This document shows positions 34,341-46,762 of a stretch of 64,000 nt of DNA, piece by piece. Location: NCBI GenBank assembly GCA_016748015.1, contig JAAOMT010000135.1:761326-825325 (forward strand), given 5' to 3'. How positions within the stretch are numbered: the stretch's first letter is position 1; the number at the start of each line of letters is the position of its first letter. Below the pieces are notes generated by a model. It was not told the origin of the DNA and did not search any database. It saw only the letters and a list, made by a program, of their open reading frames with translations. Source of the DNA: Geosiphon pyriformis uo1. Taxonomy: Eukaryota; Fungi; Glomeromycota. Position numbers and translations under genes: made by a program.

Positions 34341-36820
34341 GTTAAAGTTATTTTGAAGTTTTCCCGATATTTTCAGTTAAAAGTGTGGTGAAAAAGTCCT
34401 TCTTTTGGAAACTATTGACCGACTGTAGCAAGCAAGCCAGTCGTGCGTGACTCTAAACGAGTTTAGCTTATACACTTCACCAACTAAGGCTTGCTGCTTG
34501 CGTTTTTGGGCAAAATTATATGTTCAAATCGGTTTGAGGCATCGATCATAATCATCGCCACACTGCGTGCAGATATTTTACCCGATGAAAAATAATGTCT
34601 ATCAATAGAAATATTAATCAGTTGCTTAGTAATGCTTATCTTATCAGGTTCGAAATCGCGAGTGACAAAAGCGACTCCTTTACAAATGATTTTAAACTTA
34701 AAACCCAATTGGGAATAAATAAATTGTTGGAATAGTCAGTTAATGATGCACAAGATATTTTATTATTTATCGGTCGTATACAGGAAAAATAATAAATAAT
34801 AATAAAATTTATATAAATAAAATATTGTATAAAACAATGGAAATATGGTATTTTTTAAATATAATATTATAAATTAGAATTTCAATATTCAAAAAAAAAG
34901 TTTAATTCAATTTAATTCAATTATATTTGTTTTATTATTTGCTTTATTATTTGCATTATAAATTACAATATTTTGTATAATTTATTAATGGAAAATTTTT
35001 TGATCAATAATAATTCTTAATTTGATTAATATTAATTACTATTTCTGTTCCCGAACTTTGATACAATAAACTTTTTTCAAGTGTAAGTTGTTGAAACTAA
35101 CCCCAAAGTGTGCATTTACATTTAAAATGTAACGGGGTTTGAAACTAGAAAAAAACATGGATTTAAAAAGAAGTTGTATTTATAGAATAAATAACCATAA
35201 TTTTTTGAAAGCTAGCACAAATAATATGCTAATAATTCAAAGAAATTGCATGTGGAGTAAATTAACTTCTATGAGTGCATTTGTGGGTACTATAATTTTT
35301 TATTATCGAAATTATGATAAACATTCAAACTCGTTAGGAAGATGCTGTCACTTCATCGCATTAGGGGTTCGTTTTCACTGTTGGGGTAACGGAACGCCTA
35401 GGGAAACATAGCCCTTTCACCCCACAATTCGTTGTTGGGTTTTAAGCAGTTCAAGATTGAACGAGCAAGATAATAAATTTAGGGATTCGTACTTCATGGA
35501 GGGACCCCGAGAATAAGGGGATCTATATATACAAACGAGGAGGAGATGGTGTTTTTTTTTTCGTAATTCAAATGGATTGAGAAACGTTAATGGTGAAGAA
35601 ATTTTACCTCTTTTCACCTTTGATATTGTGCTTAATCGATGAAAGAATTGTAACTCCAGTGCCCAAATTTTTATGAATTGTCCCATTTTTAGACAGTGGG
35701 AAATGTCCACATACTCAAGCGGCGCGTAGCATTTAGAAAAATATGTGGTTGTGAAAATTCTCAGCATGATATTAACTTGGAATATTGTAATTTTACCAAT
35801 CTAGTTAAAAAATCCAAAAAGCTCAAGAGCTTGCATAAAATCCACGGATCCAAAGCCATTTAATGTGAACCTTTTAGGTGTGATTCTTCCTTTATCTGGG
35901 GAAGGATGAGGACCTGAGGTACATTCAGTGGTTCATAGTATTTCAGTCATAGGTTAATAATTTCGTACTTTAGGTGTGATTCCTCCCTTATCCTATTATT
36001 TGAGCTTGCATTCAGCTGTTTCACCCACATTGATGCGAAAATTTGAGCTTTCTATAGATTATGACTAAATATTCTTCAATCCAATTGAGGGTTGCTATCT
36101 TCAAATTAAGTTCGCTAAATATCTTCCTTCGAGATTGAGGAGTTTATCGTGAATGGAAAATACTCTTCGAACTCGATATTATGCTTATCGAGCTGTTGAG
36201 CGAAAATGAGTCTCGAGCTATCGAAGTAGTGTCAGTGGCTTGTACAGCGAATCGTCGCCCGATATCATGTAAAAGGTACTATAAAGTAGCGAAAAACAGA
36301 TGGGATATTCTTGGTGAATGATTATGAAATCGATGAAAATCAAGCAATAATTTCCGAAACGTTGGATTGAAACAATTAGTGGAGTCGTACAATGCGCTGC
36401 ATGCATAACAAACAAACCTTAAATTGTATGACAGCGGAATGTAAAATAACACCTGGTAGAATTATAAATAATATCACATGATCCGCAACGTTAGAATAGG
36501 AGAAAAATAAGTAAAGATCTTTTCGTAGATATCTTAAATGAAAGATTTTTTTATTCATGTTGAAAAACAGCATGCTTTTTTATAAAAACTGTCTTTTGAT
36601 TTTTTTTTTACAAAATTATTTCTTAATCATAAATTCATATTTTATTTATAAAAATTAGTTTTAATATGTAAAGTTTAACATTTGGTTATATTTAAACAAT
36701 TATTTTTTTATAATTATATTAAATAAGATTATTTTAAAAACAAATTATCTTTTTAATTATTTTGCAAATTTTATTATTGTTTTATATTAAAAAACTTATT
36801 AATATTTTTGTATAAGTATT

Positions 36821-36851
<31 letters not shown>

Positions 36852-37371
36852 TATTATTATTATAAATTTTTTAATTTATTTATATATATGTATATATATA
36901 TTTCTCTTAAAAGTATAATTCAATCATTTTTAATTTATTAAATATTAGCTTAATAATTAATAAATTAAAAACATATAGAATATTATATTATATATTATAA
37001 CAATTTAATAAATAATTATAATTAAAAATAAATATTTTAATTGATTAATTAATATTAAAAAATATATTTGTATATTAACATAATTTTTATCATATTAAAC
37101 AATACTAAAAAATGGTTATTTTAAACATAAGAATATAACTTTATAAATTACTGATTTGATGATCTATTTCAATAAATTCAATTATACGTCATCAGGGATA
37201 ATAATTGTTCCGCAAATACCCACTTCTTTGTTTCCCAAAAAACCTTACGAACCTACGCGTTTCGCTTTTTGTTTTAATAACTGTCCTCGATAACCATAGA
37301 TAGTTGTCTTAAAAATATTACCGTAAATTAAAATAGAAAGGTTTGAACCACTTACGAAAAGAGGACTATCA

Positions 37372-40300
37372 ATGGGAGTTGCCAAAAACCAGAAAAATAC
37401 AAGAAGTAGCAAAAGGGTTGGTGCTAAAAAGGCCAACGAAGTCGAGGAAGCAAACGAAACTGACGTGGAAACAACGAAAGAGTATGTTCAAAAGAGGAAA
37501 GCAAAAACTCAAGATAAAGACGCAGTCATTCACGTCACAAGAAGTACACGTAGTAGCAGATCCCTGGAAAGTAAACGTGAACCTTTTGACGATTTCGACC
37601 GTCTAGAACCTTCAGAGTCGCCTGTTCAAACTAAAAAGAAAATTAAGCTCGGAGAGAAGCCTAATGAATTTATTGATATTAGAAACTCAGGTCTAAAAGG
37701 CAAAAGAGGCAGTAGGAGCACTCCCACCGTTTACGCAGCTGTCAAAAAGACTCCTATCGAATTATCAACAGAAAGAGTTGAAATCTCTAAAGTTGACCAA
37801 GAGCTAACCGAAGATGAATCAGATACAAAAATAACCCCAAAAAAGATTAGCCTCAGAATCAAAAGAAGCACCCGCAGTGCTTCGTCTAAAAACAACACAA
37901 CGACTGAATTCCCACCTGTTTCCCCCGAAGGCTTTGAAACAAATAAAAAACCTCGAACAAATATCAAATCCTTAATTTTAAAAAGCAATAGCGGTAGAGA
38001 AAACAGTAAAACTTCACATAACGTTGCAAATACCTCGTCCAATCATATGCTATCAAATACTTTAGAACAAAGCACAAATGATGAGGACAATTCAGCAGTC
38101 TTATCGAATAAAAAATTCGACAAGAAACTCATGACCGAAACATTATCCTCGAATAGTCATAGAAGTATCCGTGGTGAATCTGTTAAATTAGCAAAAGAAA
38201 GAGAAAATTCAACATTGCAACCTATAGAGAAAACAGGAGTTGATGGCAAATCAGAAACCCTAGTAACTGCAAAAACAAGAGTTAGAGCTAAAACAAGTTC
38301 CAAATCAATGACTACTATCCAAATACAGCTTCAAAGAAAATCAAATCTCAATTCATCAGTTGAAGTAGACGATACTATCGACACCATCACTTCTAACCTT
38401 GATTCAGATCGCAAAGGAGCAGTTGAAGGTGAAGTTATTATCAACACAAAAGGATCAGATTCATCATTAGAAGGTAACGGGGAACCCAATACTGAGACAA
38501 ACACGGGGAAGGAAGCTGCCAAGGTTATTTTCATCCCTTAGACCCATACGCCTTTCCATTTTTATGTTTCCAATATGCAAATTTATTTTATATTTGCAGA
38601 AACTTTCGGATTCGTTAATGAGAATATGGAACTCTATCAAAAGCTGTCGAGATGCAAGGTATCCATCTAGACTGCCGGATTTTGATTATTCATCAATATT
38701 AGTTCCTTAAACTTATGTTAGTATAAAGGGCTTCCAGGCCGCTGTACTATGATTCTCGAATCCAAATTTTTACAATATTCGGCTTTCTATGGCATTAAAT
38801 ATTGCTTATTAGGGGCAGGCAAATTTCTAAGCTATTTCAAAAACTTCCAGACAAAGAAATCTATCCTGATTACTATGATGAGGTATGAATAAAAATTTTT
38901 TGATAACCGTATTTTGATTTCAATATATGATATATAACTTTTTGAAACATACCAAATTAGATCCACAAACCTATTGCATTAGATAACATTAAGGTAGTAT
39001 TGAAAATTTCATTCAGCAGCTAAAAAAATTATTTGGGCCTAGTCATCTAATTTTGATTTTTTAATTAATATTTATTTAGTATAAAATCAAACGTTATGCC
39101 TACCCTACTATGGATTCTTTTTATCAAGATCTTGAACTCATGTTTGAGAATGCGAAGATATATAATGCTGAAGAATCACAAATATATGAAGATGCTGTTC
39201 AGCTAAAAGTAGGTCTTGGGCTTATAAAATTTGGTCTTTGGCACTCGAATTGCTAAAATCTTTTGTCATCAATACCACAGAAATTGGCACGTAAACTCAC
39301 AGGAATCAAAATCGAAGAAGTAAAAGAGGTAAAAGTAGGCAGTGAAAATTATGACCAAATTGATGAAATTTTTTATGAGGGAGAAAAATATCATATTGGT
39401 AAGTCTCAAAAATATCCGTTCAATAAAACGATTTCATCTTCCACTAGATATAAAACCTCATGGAGATCTTTTTCTTAGGAGATTATGTCGAAATTATCAA
39501 TCCTTTGGACGAGACTAAACCCAATATTGGACATATTTTTCGACTTTGGAAGGATGCAAAGTAATTCTTATAAAATTTTCTTCCAAGAAGCATCCCTGAC
39601 CTTTTTTCTGACTCTTTTACTTGATTTCAGTGGTCAAGAAGGTATTCACGTTTGTTGGTATTACCGGCCTGAGCAAACAGTCCATCAAGTTACAAGGTCA
39701 TTTTTTGAAAACGAAGTTTTCAAAACCACCACGTTCCAAGATTACCCGATCAATCAAGTTCTTGGCAAATGTTTTGTTTTGCCACTTCGAGAGCTCCAAA
39801 GAGGGAAACCCAAGAATTTTGAGGGTAAAACGATATATGTTTGCGAATCAAGATACAACGAGGTTGGAAAATATTACCATAAAATCAAGAACTGGAATAC
39901 AATTTCTCCAGAAAAGGTGCGCGCAAACAAACCTGAAATGGAGTATTATCCGAGAATCACCGTTTTGAATAGAGTACCTAGCCCTTTAGCGGTAGCACCG
40001 GAAGGTACTGACGGATTTTCTTCTAGCAAAAACAAAAATCCTGGTAAACCTCCTTCAGAAACTCAAAATTTTGAGAATGATTCCGATCTATCGATAAATG
40101 ATGCTGAAAGAATACAATCGCTCAGCGTCGATCCGAAAAGCCCCTCCTCTTCCCGGCCTAATACATCAATACCTCCTGGATGGCTTCCTCCAGAAACAGG
40201 CAAGTCAGATCTTGCGTTCCCTTGATGCTAGTCCTTTGTTGATTCTAAATTATCATAATTATGGATGAAAAGCGAGCCAATTTGCCCATGATGAAGAGGG

Positions 40301-40721
40301 AAAAGTTATTTGGTTCGCGGCTCCACCTCTAGATGTGACCCCATTTCCAAAGCCAAAACATTCTGTTGAGTATCTTAACTATCTAGCCAATCAAGGGAAT
40401 AAACAGAAGGTAAAACTTTTTAATCAAAATAAAAAATGATGGATATAAAATACTAAAGCCTACAGGAACCTTCTTAGAAACGTAAATTCGACATGGAGCA
40501 AATAAATTCTTTAAACAGGGAGAGCACAAAAGGACAATACGATCGAACTAACATTAACCAATTGGAAAATAATATTCAAACGATCATGATTGAAACGCTT
40601 CAAGGTAAGGGGGATTTTTTTGATATCAAGCTAGATTCTGATAATTTAATGTCTATTTTGGGTAAATTATGTAGGGTTGACTGAGACTTACAAACAGGAA
40701 GCAAATGAGCTTACGATATGA
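37372..40721 (+). CDS. RSC1/RSC2/polybromo-like chromatin remodelling subunit (bromodomain + BAH), multi-exon
   Basis: Spliced LFQKLPDKEIYPDYYDE|IHKPIAL..LMFENAKIYN; BAH motifs CWYYRPEQTVH..FFENEVFKT..YVCESRYNE; C-terminal VIWFAAPPLDV. Confidence 0.9.
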
Positions 40722-41660
40722 TTTTTCGCGGACAATAATTCATTTATAGTATACTAATTCGCCATTAGCTTTCTTAACGATTGCATTCATTTGTTTTATC
40801 CTTCGAAAAATTATAATATATTCTTAAATTTTTGTCATTGTGAATAAATTAACAAATTGCACGAAGATAATTAGAACACATTGGATTGGAAAATTCAGAA
40901 TTTTTCAGTTTCAAAGTTCAAATATTTAATTCAAGGATTTTTAAAACCCGTTTTTATAATGAATAAAGTTTTTATCATAATTTATTTTTCAATAAAATCA
41001 AAGTTTAATTATTTCTGTTATTTTTCATTATAGAGAATATTAATTATTGTATTAAACCTTTGTAATTCAGCAAATATTCCTCTAATCCCAGCTTCCCAAT
41101 TTGATTTGAAATTCAGACGTTGCTATGGTTGGAATAATACTCGATTTTAAAGAATGATAACGAAGCACCAGTCGCAATTTTTTGCATTGATTATAGAAAA
41201 GAGATAGGATGGGCAAACTGTTTGCTAACCCCGAAATTTGGTTGAAGGGAGATAGTTTTTTCAAAGCGCACAAATCACTTAGGAACAATTAGGTTTGTAA
41301 TTCAGATTGTCCTATAAATTCAAGGTTTTTATCAGTATAGGATTTCATTTAATGCTATATCATGACCTTTTAGGAATTCGCGTGAAAAATTAAGCTTAAA
41401 GGAATGACTTCCCATTTCATAACATGTTATTCTAAAAAAAGTTTATTAATTCCTTACCTAATTCTTTAATGACAAAAAATTTTATTCTAAGAAATCAATT
41501 AATTGTTGATAATAATAGAAAAGGCCTGCATAAATATAATAGGTAGTAAGAGTTCTTAATGTACATTTTCAAATTATTTTTAAAAATGATATATTACAAA
41601 AAGATATTCGACCAAAAAAACCCATCGTTGAAGTTTAGTGCTTGCGGTAACCATTCAGGA

Positions 41661-42849
41661 TTACTCATAGTATGCTCCCTCCTCATCTAATGTGTTTTAG
41701 GTTTAAATCAGAAAATTGATTTAAAATGAGCAAACGATAATAACTTTCTTACCTCCTCTATCATCCATGTCCCAAAGATCATCTCCTTCCCCATCATCAA
41801 AGTAATTATCTGCATAATCATTTTCTTCTTCGTACTCTTCTTCGTCCACGCGATTCTCCAAAGGTTCCTGGTCATCATCCTTATCATCCTATTTCAACAT
41901 AATACAATCAAATGATGTGATTAAAAATAAGAATCCTCTGAATAAATAGATAATTAATTCGCAAAAGTAAAAAAGATAATTAACCGATGGTTTTTCTTTA
42001 CCCTCCGCAACGAGTAACGCGTCAAAGTTTGAATTGATATCTATTCGGGTTTTCCTTCTTCTGGCTGTATAGATATTTAATCAGAATATCAGCGACATAT
42101 TTGATAGCAATGAGGCTGACAGGAAGAAAGACCAATAGAGTGAATACCTTCGGCTTGCACTGCGACTGATGGATCAAGTACGGAGTGAAGCTCATCAGGA
42201 AAAAATCGGATATCTGTAGATTCATTACATTAATATATGCTCCAATCAACTAGGAAATATTCTAAACAAATGACAGAATATCCACATGGAACCCGTGTCT
42301 TTACCTGTCTTGATATCTCGCAATAAGGGTTTTATGGGTTTTGGAACGACCAAATCAGTATACTTTTCAATAGCTATTCAAATAACCAAGGTCATTACCA
42401 AAGAGTAACATGAAAAGAAATCCAGCTTGCTTTCTGAGGGTGTAGTAAATACCAGGGGGTTTTATAGGAGGTATCATATGAGCAGCGGTCTCTTTGAATA
42501 TAACCTTAAAATGGATGAGCCGCTTGGTCATTTCTTTTTGATCTGCGGACAATCTTTTATGAGGTGGAAGTTCCATTTCCTGTTATATAGAGTGGGAAAA
42601 ACAAGAAATGGTCTTCAAAGCGGCGTTCCTAGACACTCGGGGTGACGAACTTGGAAAAATAAAAGTACGAGCACTACGTACAGGAAATGCGTCCAAAGGC
42701 CCTTCTGGTTGATACGCTTTTTGTATATCACTCCAAGAGACGCCATCCATTGCCAAAGGCCGGCCAAAGGCCCCACTGCGACCTCCTCTACCGCGAAAAC
42801 CACCTCGTCCTCGTCCGCGTCCGCGACTTCTTGGGGCAGCCATAGCCAT
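41661..42849 (-). CDS. RPC31: RNA polymerase III subunit C31/RPC7, multi-exon
   Basis: RG-rich N-terminus, FFPDEL motif, acidic tail EEENDYADNYFDDGEGDD. Confidence 0.88.
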
Positions 42850-43072
42850 TTTATTTGTGTTCTATTCTACGAGAAATAGCTAATTTGGGAATAGCATTTA
42901 AGGCAGAGCAGTATATATAGGACTTGACTAACCTTCTTTCGTTCGTGTATTATGTCTTCCAGTAGGCTTGGAAATCGTTACTTGAACGTTTAACTTCGAT
43001 CTATCACGAAAACAATAACGATAAAAAGTTATTCTCAACAAAACCGAACTTCAAGCAATGATGATGGATGAG

Positions 43073-44720
43073 TCGCCAGGATGAGAGCTGATGCTCTTGG
43101 GACAGGATAAGAGCTGGCCAAGAGTCCCTTTAGTTAAACATCAATTAAAAAAAAGTCCTTCCTCAGCCTTTAGCAGGTATTCTCATAAGAAAAATGTTCA
43201 TTTTAGAAATGGATTTATTAAATATAGGAAATTTCGGTTCAATAACTATTGGGGAGTTTGAGTTTTTTTTATTTCTGTAACGACTTTATCAAATGATAAA
43301 TTCTCCGATAGTTCAGTACACGACTTTTGCATTTGTATACTCTAATTGGCCTTAGGATTTCTTCAACAAATTATGAGTGTGCCAACCCCATTTTGGTGAT
43401 TTTGACAGTATATTTTGACAGCCACTTGTTGAGAGAACCGTTCTTTAATATAACATTATTTTAAAGGGAACTTCAGTTGCGAAAGTCCTGAAAGAGCATT
43501 TGAACTTCTTGGACCGTATGTGTACTTGACAGTCAAGCTATTTTTAGATGGTTTTACATAGCCAAAACAGCCATCGGGATTGGTACAAATAGGACCCTTG
43601 TAATAACTTAGGTAAAGTAGTGGCCACATGCGTGATTGGATGACACGAAAAAATCTCTTCATACACGCGTTTGTTTTCGTACTTCCAAATCCCTATATAA
43701 AAGCTATCATATAAATCACAAGACGCAATTTTTTAAAACACATTTACATTTTTTGTTTTTTGCCTGACATTGCAACGCTAATACCTCGTCTTACATACGC
43801 ATCCTTCTATCACCAGCTTTCAATGTCTTGCTTGGAACTAACAACTTACATGGTCAAGAGGCTCAAATGCCCTCGTAATTACTTATNNNNNNNNNNNNNN
43901 NNNNNNTCGCCAGGATGAGAGCTGATGCTCTTGGGACAGGATAAGAGCTGGCCAAGAGTCCCTTTAGTTAAACATCAATTAAAAAAAAGTCCTTCCTCAG
44001 CCTTTAGCAGGTATTCTCATAAGAAAAATGTTCATTTTAGAAATGGATTTATTAAATATAGGAAATTTCGGTTCAATAACTATTGGGGAGTTTGAGTTTT
44101 TTTTATTTCTGTAACGACTTTATCAAATGATAAATTCTCCGATAGTTCAGTACACGACTTTTGCATTTGTATACTCTAATTGGCCTTAGGATTTCTTCAA
44201 CAAATTATGAGTGTGCCAACCCCATTTTGGTGATTTTGACAGTATATTTTGACAGCCACTTGTTGAGAGAACCGTTCTTTAATATAACATTATTTTAAAG
44301 GGAACTTCAGTTGCGAAAGTCCTGAAAGAGCATTTGAACTTCTTGGACCGTATGTGTACTTGACAGTCAAGCTATTTTTAGATGGTTTTACATAGCCAAA
44401 ACAGCCATCGGGATTGGTACAAATAGGACCCTTGTAATAACTTAGGTAAAGTAGTGGCCACATGCGTGATTGGATGACACGAAAAAATCTCTTCATACAC
44501 GCGTTTGTTTTCGTACTTCCAAATCCCTATATAAAAGCTATCATATAAATCACAAGACGCAATTTTTTAAAACACATTTACATTTTTTGTTTTTTGCCTG
44601 ACATTGCAACGCTAATACCTCGTCTTACATACGCATCCTTCTATCACCAGCTTTCAATGTCTTGCTTGGAACTAACAACTTACATGGTCAAGAGGCTCAA
44701 ATGCCCTCGTAATTACTTAT
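43073..44720. repeat. 814-bp apparently identical direct duplication around a 20-N gap (probable scaffolding artefact)
   Basis: 43073-43886 matches 43907-44720 (offset 834; identical 68-aa ORFs). Both copies abut the gap at 43887-43906. Confidence 0.9.
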
Positions 44721-46762
44721 TATTATTTATCTATTTTTTGTATTTTCTTCATTCGTTAACAAACATAATACAGAATACTGGAAGCGACCCATCTCCAGAT
44801 GGGGGAGTATTTCAAAATGGGATATGATTTATAGCCAAAAGAATTCGATGAAGGGTTCTCATGATGCCTTGTCAAGCGATATCAGGCGCTTGATTAAGTG
44901 GTTCCCAGATCACAAATCAGCTGTCCTGAAACTGAAGGCATTTGAAAAAAAATTGGTTAGTGTTTTTTCCTCTTGCTAAAATGACATCGCGTGATGTAGT
45001 TCCTTGCTCACAAAGTAATATTTGCACGCATTCTCGCTGAAATACTCAATTGTGAAATTTCAGCCGAAAACTAATATTGAGGAAGAAACGTCAAAGCGCA
45101 AAATTACAGGTAAGGAGTTGGATTGGGAGGTATTCTTTTTCAACTCTCAATCAATCTTTCATCTTTAAGTTGAGAAAAAGAGCGCAAAGAAGCCTCGCAT
45201 TGAGGCAACAGAAGCTGATGAAAGCAGCTTAGACGAGCAGGAAGAGAGTCAGGCGTCAGGGAGTGATGATTTGCTCAATCGGCCGTATGAAAAGGTCCTT
45301 GAGCAGATTAAAGCCGTTCAAATGGACGACACAGCAGCCTTCATTAAGTAAGGTCTTTCCTATTAAAATTTAACTTTCCTTTGATTTATTGGTAAAATAT
45401 TTGATTTTTTGAATTCCCTTGTACAGCCCTTTGTACTGGGGGGTTATTGATCTTCGCCAGGCCAAGATTTCCCCAAGTCCATTTCTTCTCCGAGGAAAGG
45501 AGCTTTTACCCCAGCAAGAATATGAACGGCTTTGTAGCCTTATGGGCAACATAGTCGAAGAGGAAAGTCATTTAAACGATTCATCGGCCGGATTTTTGGA
45601 GGCCATTGAAATTTCGGGGAATAAAAGTATTGGGGATCTTGGTATGCGGTTTCGGGCCAATGGTACTGCGGGCATTGGAAATCTAATTCGAGAAGGAAAT
45701 CAAAAGGCAAAAGCCTTATTACGGAATTTCAATGAATTTGATGAGGACACCCAGTACATTGCAGAATGTTTTTCAGCCATGTAAGTTTTTTTTATTGGTT
45801 TATTTTTTAAATTAACAATTTAAATATTAATTTGGATATAAAAGTGCTAGATGGCTAAAAGATTTCAATGGTGACACACATTCTGAGAGGAACGTGGATG
45901 GGTTTGCTCTTTTGCAATTAGCTAAAGTTCCCGGTGCAAGATTCGATTAGTATGTTGATTTCTTTTTTTATTTTTTATTTTTGTATGAATATAACAATTA
46001 TGCTTTGACATGTAGTGGTGAAAACCATTCTCAGGCGGATAAAGAAGAAAAGGAATCTCGCTCTAATTTGGCTAGGATTGGAAAACCCTGTGATTACCTT
46101 TTTCGTGTATATAGTTTTTTTTATTCTTATACTTTTTTTATTAATGGATTTTTAGTCCTAATTTTTTTATTAATGCGTTTTTAGTCTGGCCATCAAGAAA
46201 TTGGATGTGGTGAAAATTCAGGTCCAAAATGCAAAGATTCCATGGATAAAGCAAATACAGACTTTATCGATGTTGTGAAAGTTGCCCGTTCACAACATAT
46301 CGCTTTTCTGACAGAGTGTACTGAAACCAGTGGTCTCGATCCTCTTTCAACCATTGTGCAAGATGCATGCGAGCTGATTGTGATTCCTTTTTTTCAGCTA
46401 ATAGGATATCGTATTCGGTTTTATATTTTGCTGCAAGTGAGTGGAGAATTATATGCAATCTGGCAGTGGGGATCAGAGTTATTGCCGACTCATGATGACC
46501 ATGTGAAGAAATTATTGTCAGTGTGCAAATTGTTTTTTCTTTATAGGGTGAGTACCAAAAAACTTTTGTTTATTTTTAATAATAATCAAGGTCTTACTCT
46601 GGAATTTTATGTTCTTTGTAGAATCTTTTGGCTAGAGTACAAAGGTTGGGAACAGCTGCCATTGATAAAGCGAAAGGAAGGCTTCAGTGGAATTCTGTGG
46701 TTTTGGAAAGGAAGGCAAAAATTCAAATAAGCGGGTTGATAGAAAAAGAAAGATGTGAATGA
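44657..46762 (+). CDS. Crinkler-like protein with a C-terminal PD-(D/E)xK (REase-fold) domain, multi-exon
   Basis: Spliced N-terminal QYWKRPISRWGSISKWD..SHDALSSDI header; acidic linker; HSERNVD..GENHSQA..GKPCDYLF|..EIGCGENSG..DFIDVVK; VIPFFQLIG. TATATAAAAG at ~44528. Confidence 0.7.

Noticed and set aside
35040-36590. Possible gene or element between two AT tracts (116-aa ORF; 23-bp direct repeat TTAGGTGTGATTC at ~35875 and ~35970)
   Set aside because: I could not build a coherent spliced ORF, TIR or TSD; left uncalled.
43140-43450. RNase P/MRP-like words (AAAGTCC, GGAAATTTCGGT, TGGGGAG)
   Set aside because: The P4 pairing and CR-V consensus do not fit; chance matches are likely.
43073-44720. 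Recent tandem duplication upstream of the Crinkler-like gene
   Set aside because: The copies look identical and both abut a 20-N gap, the signature of unmerged contig overlap. Read depth or long reads would settle it.
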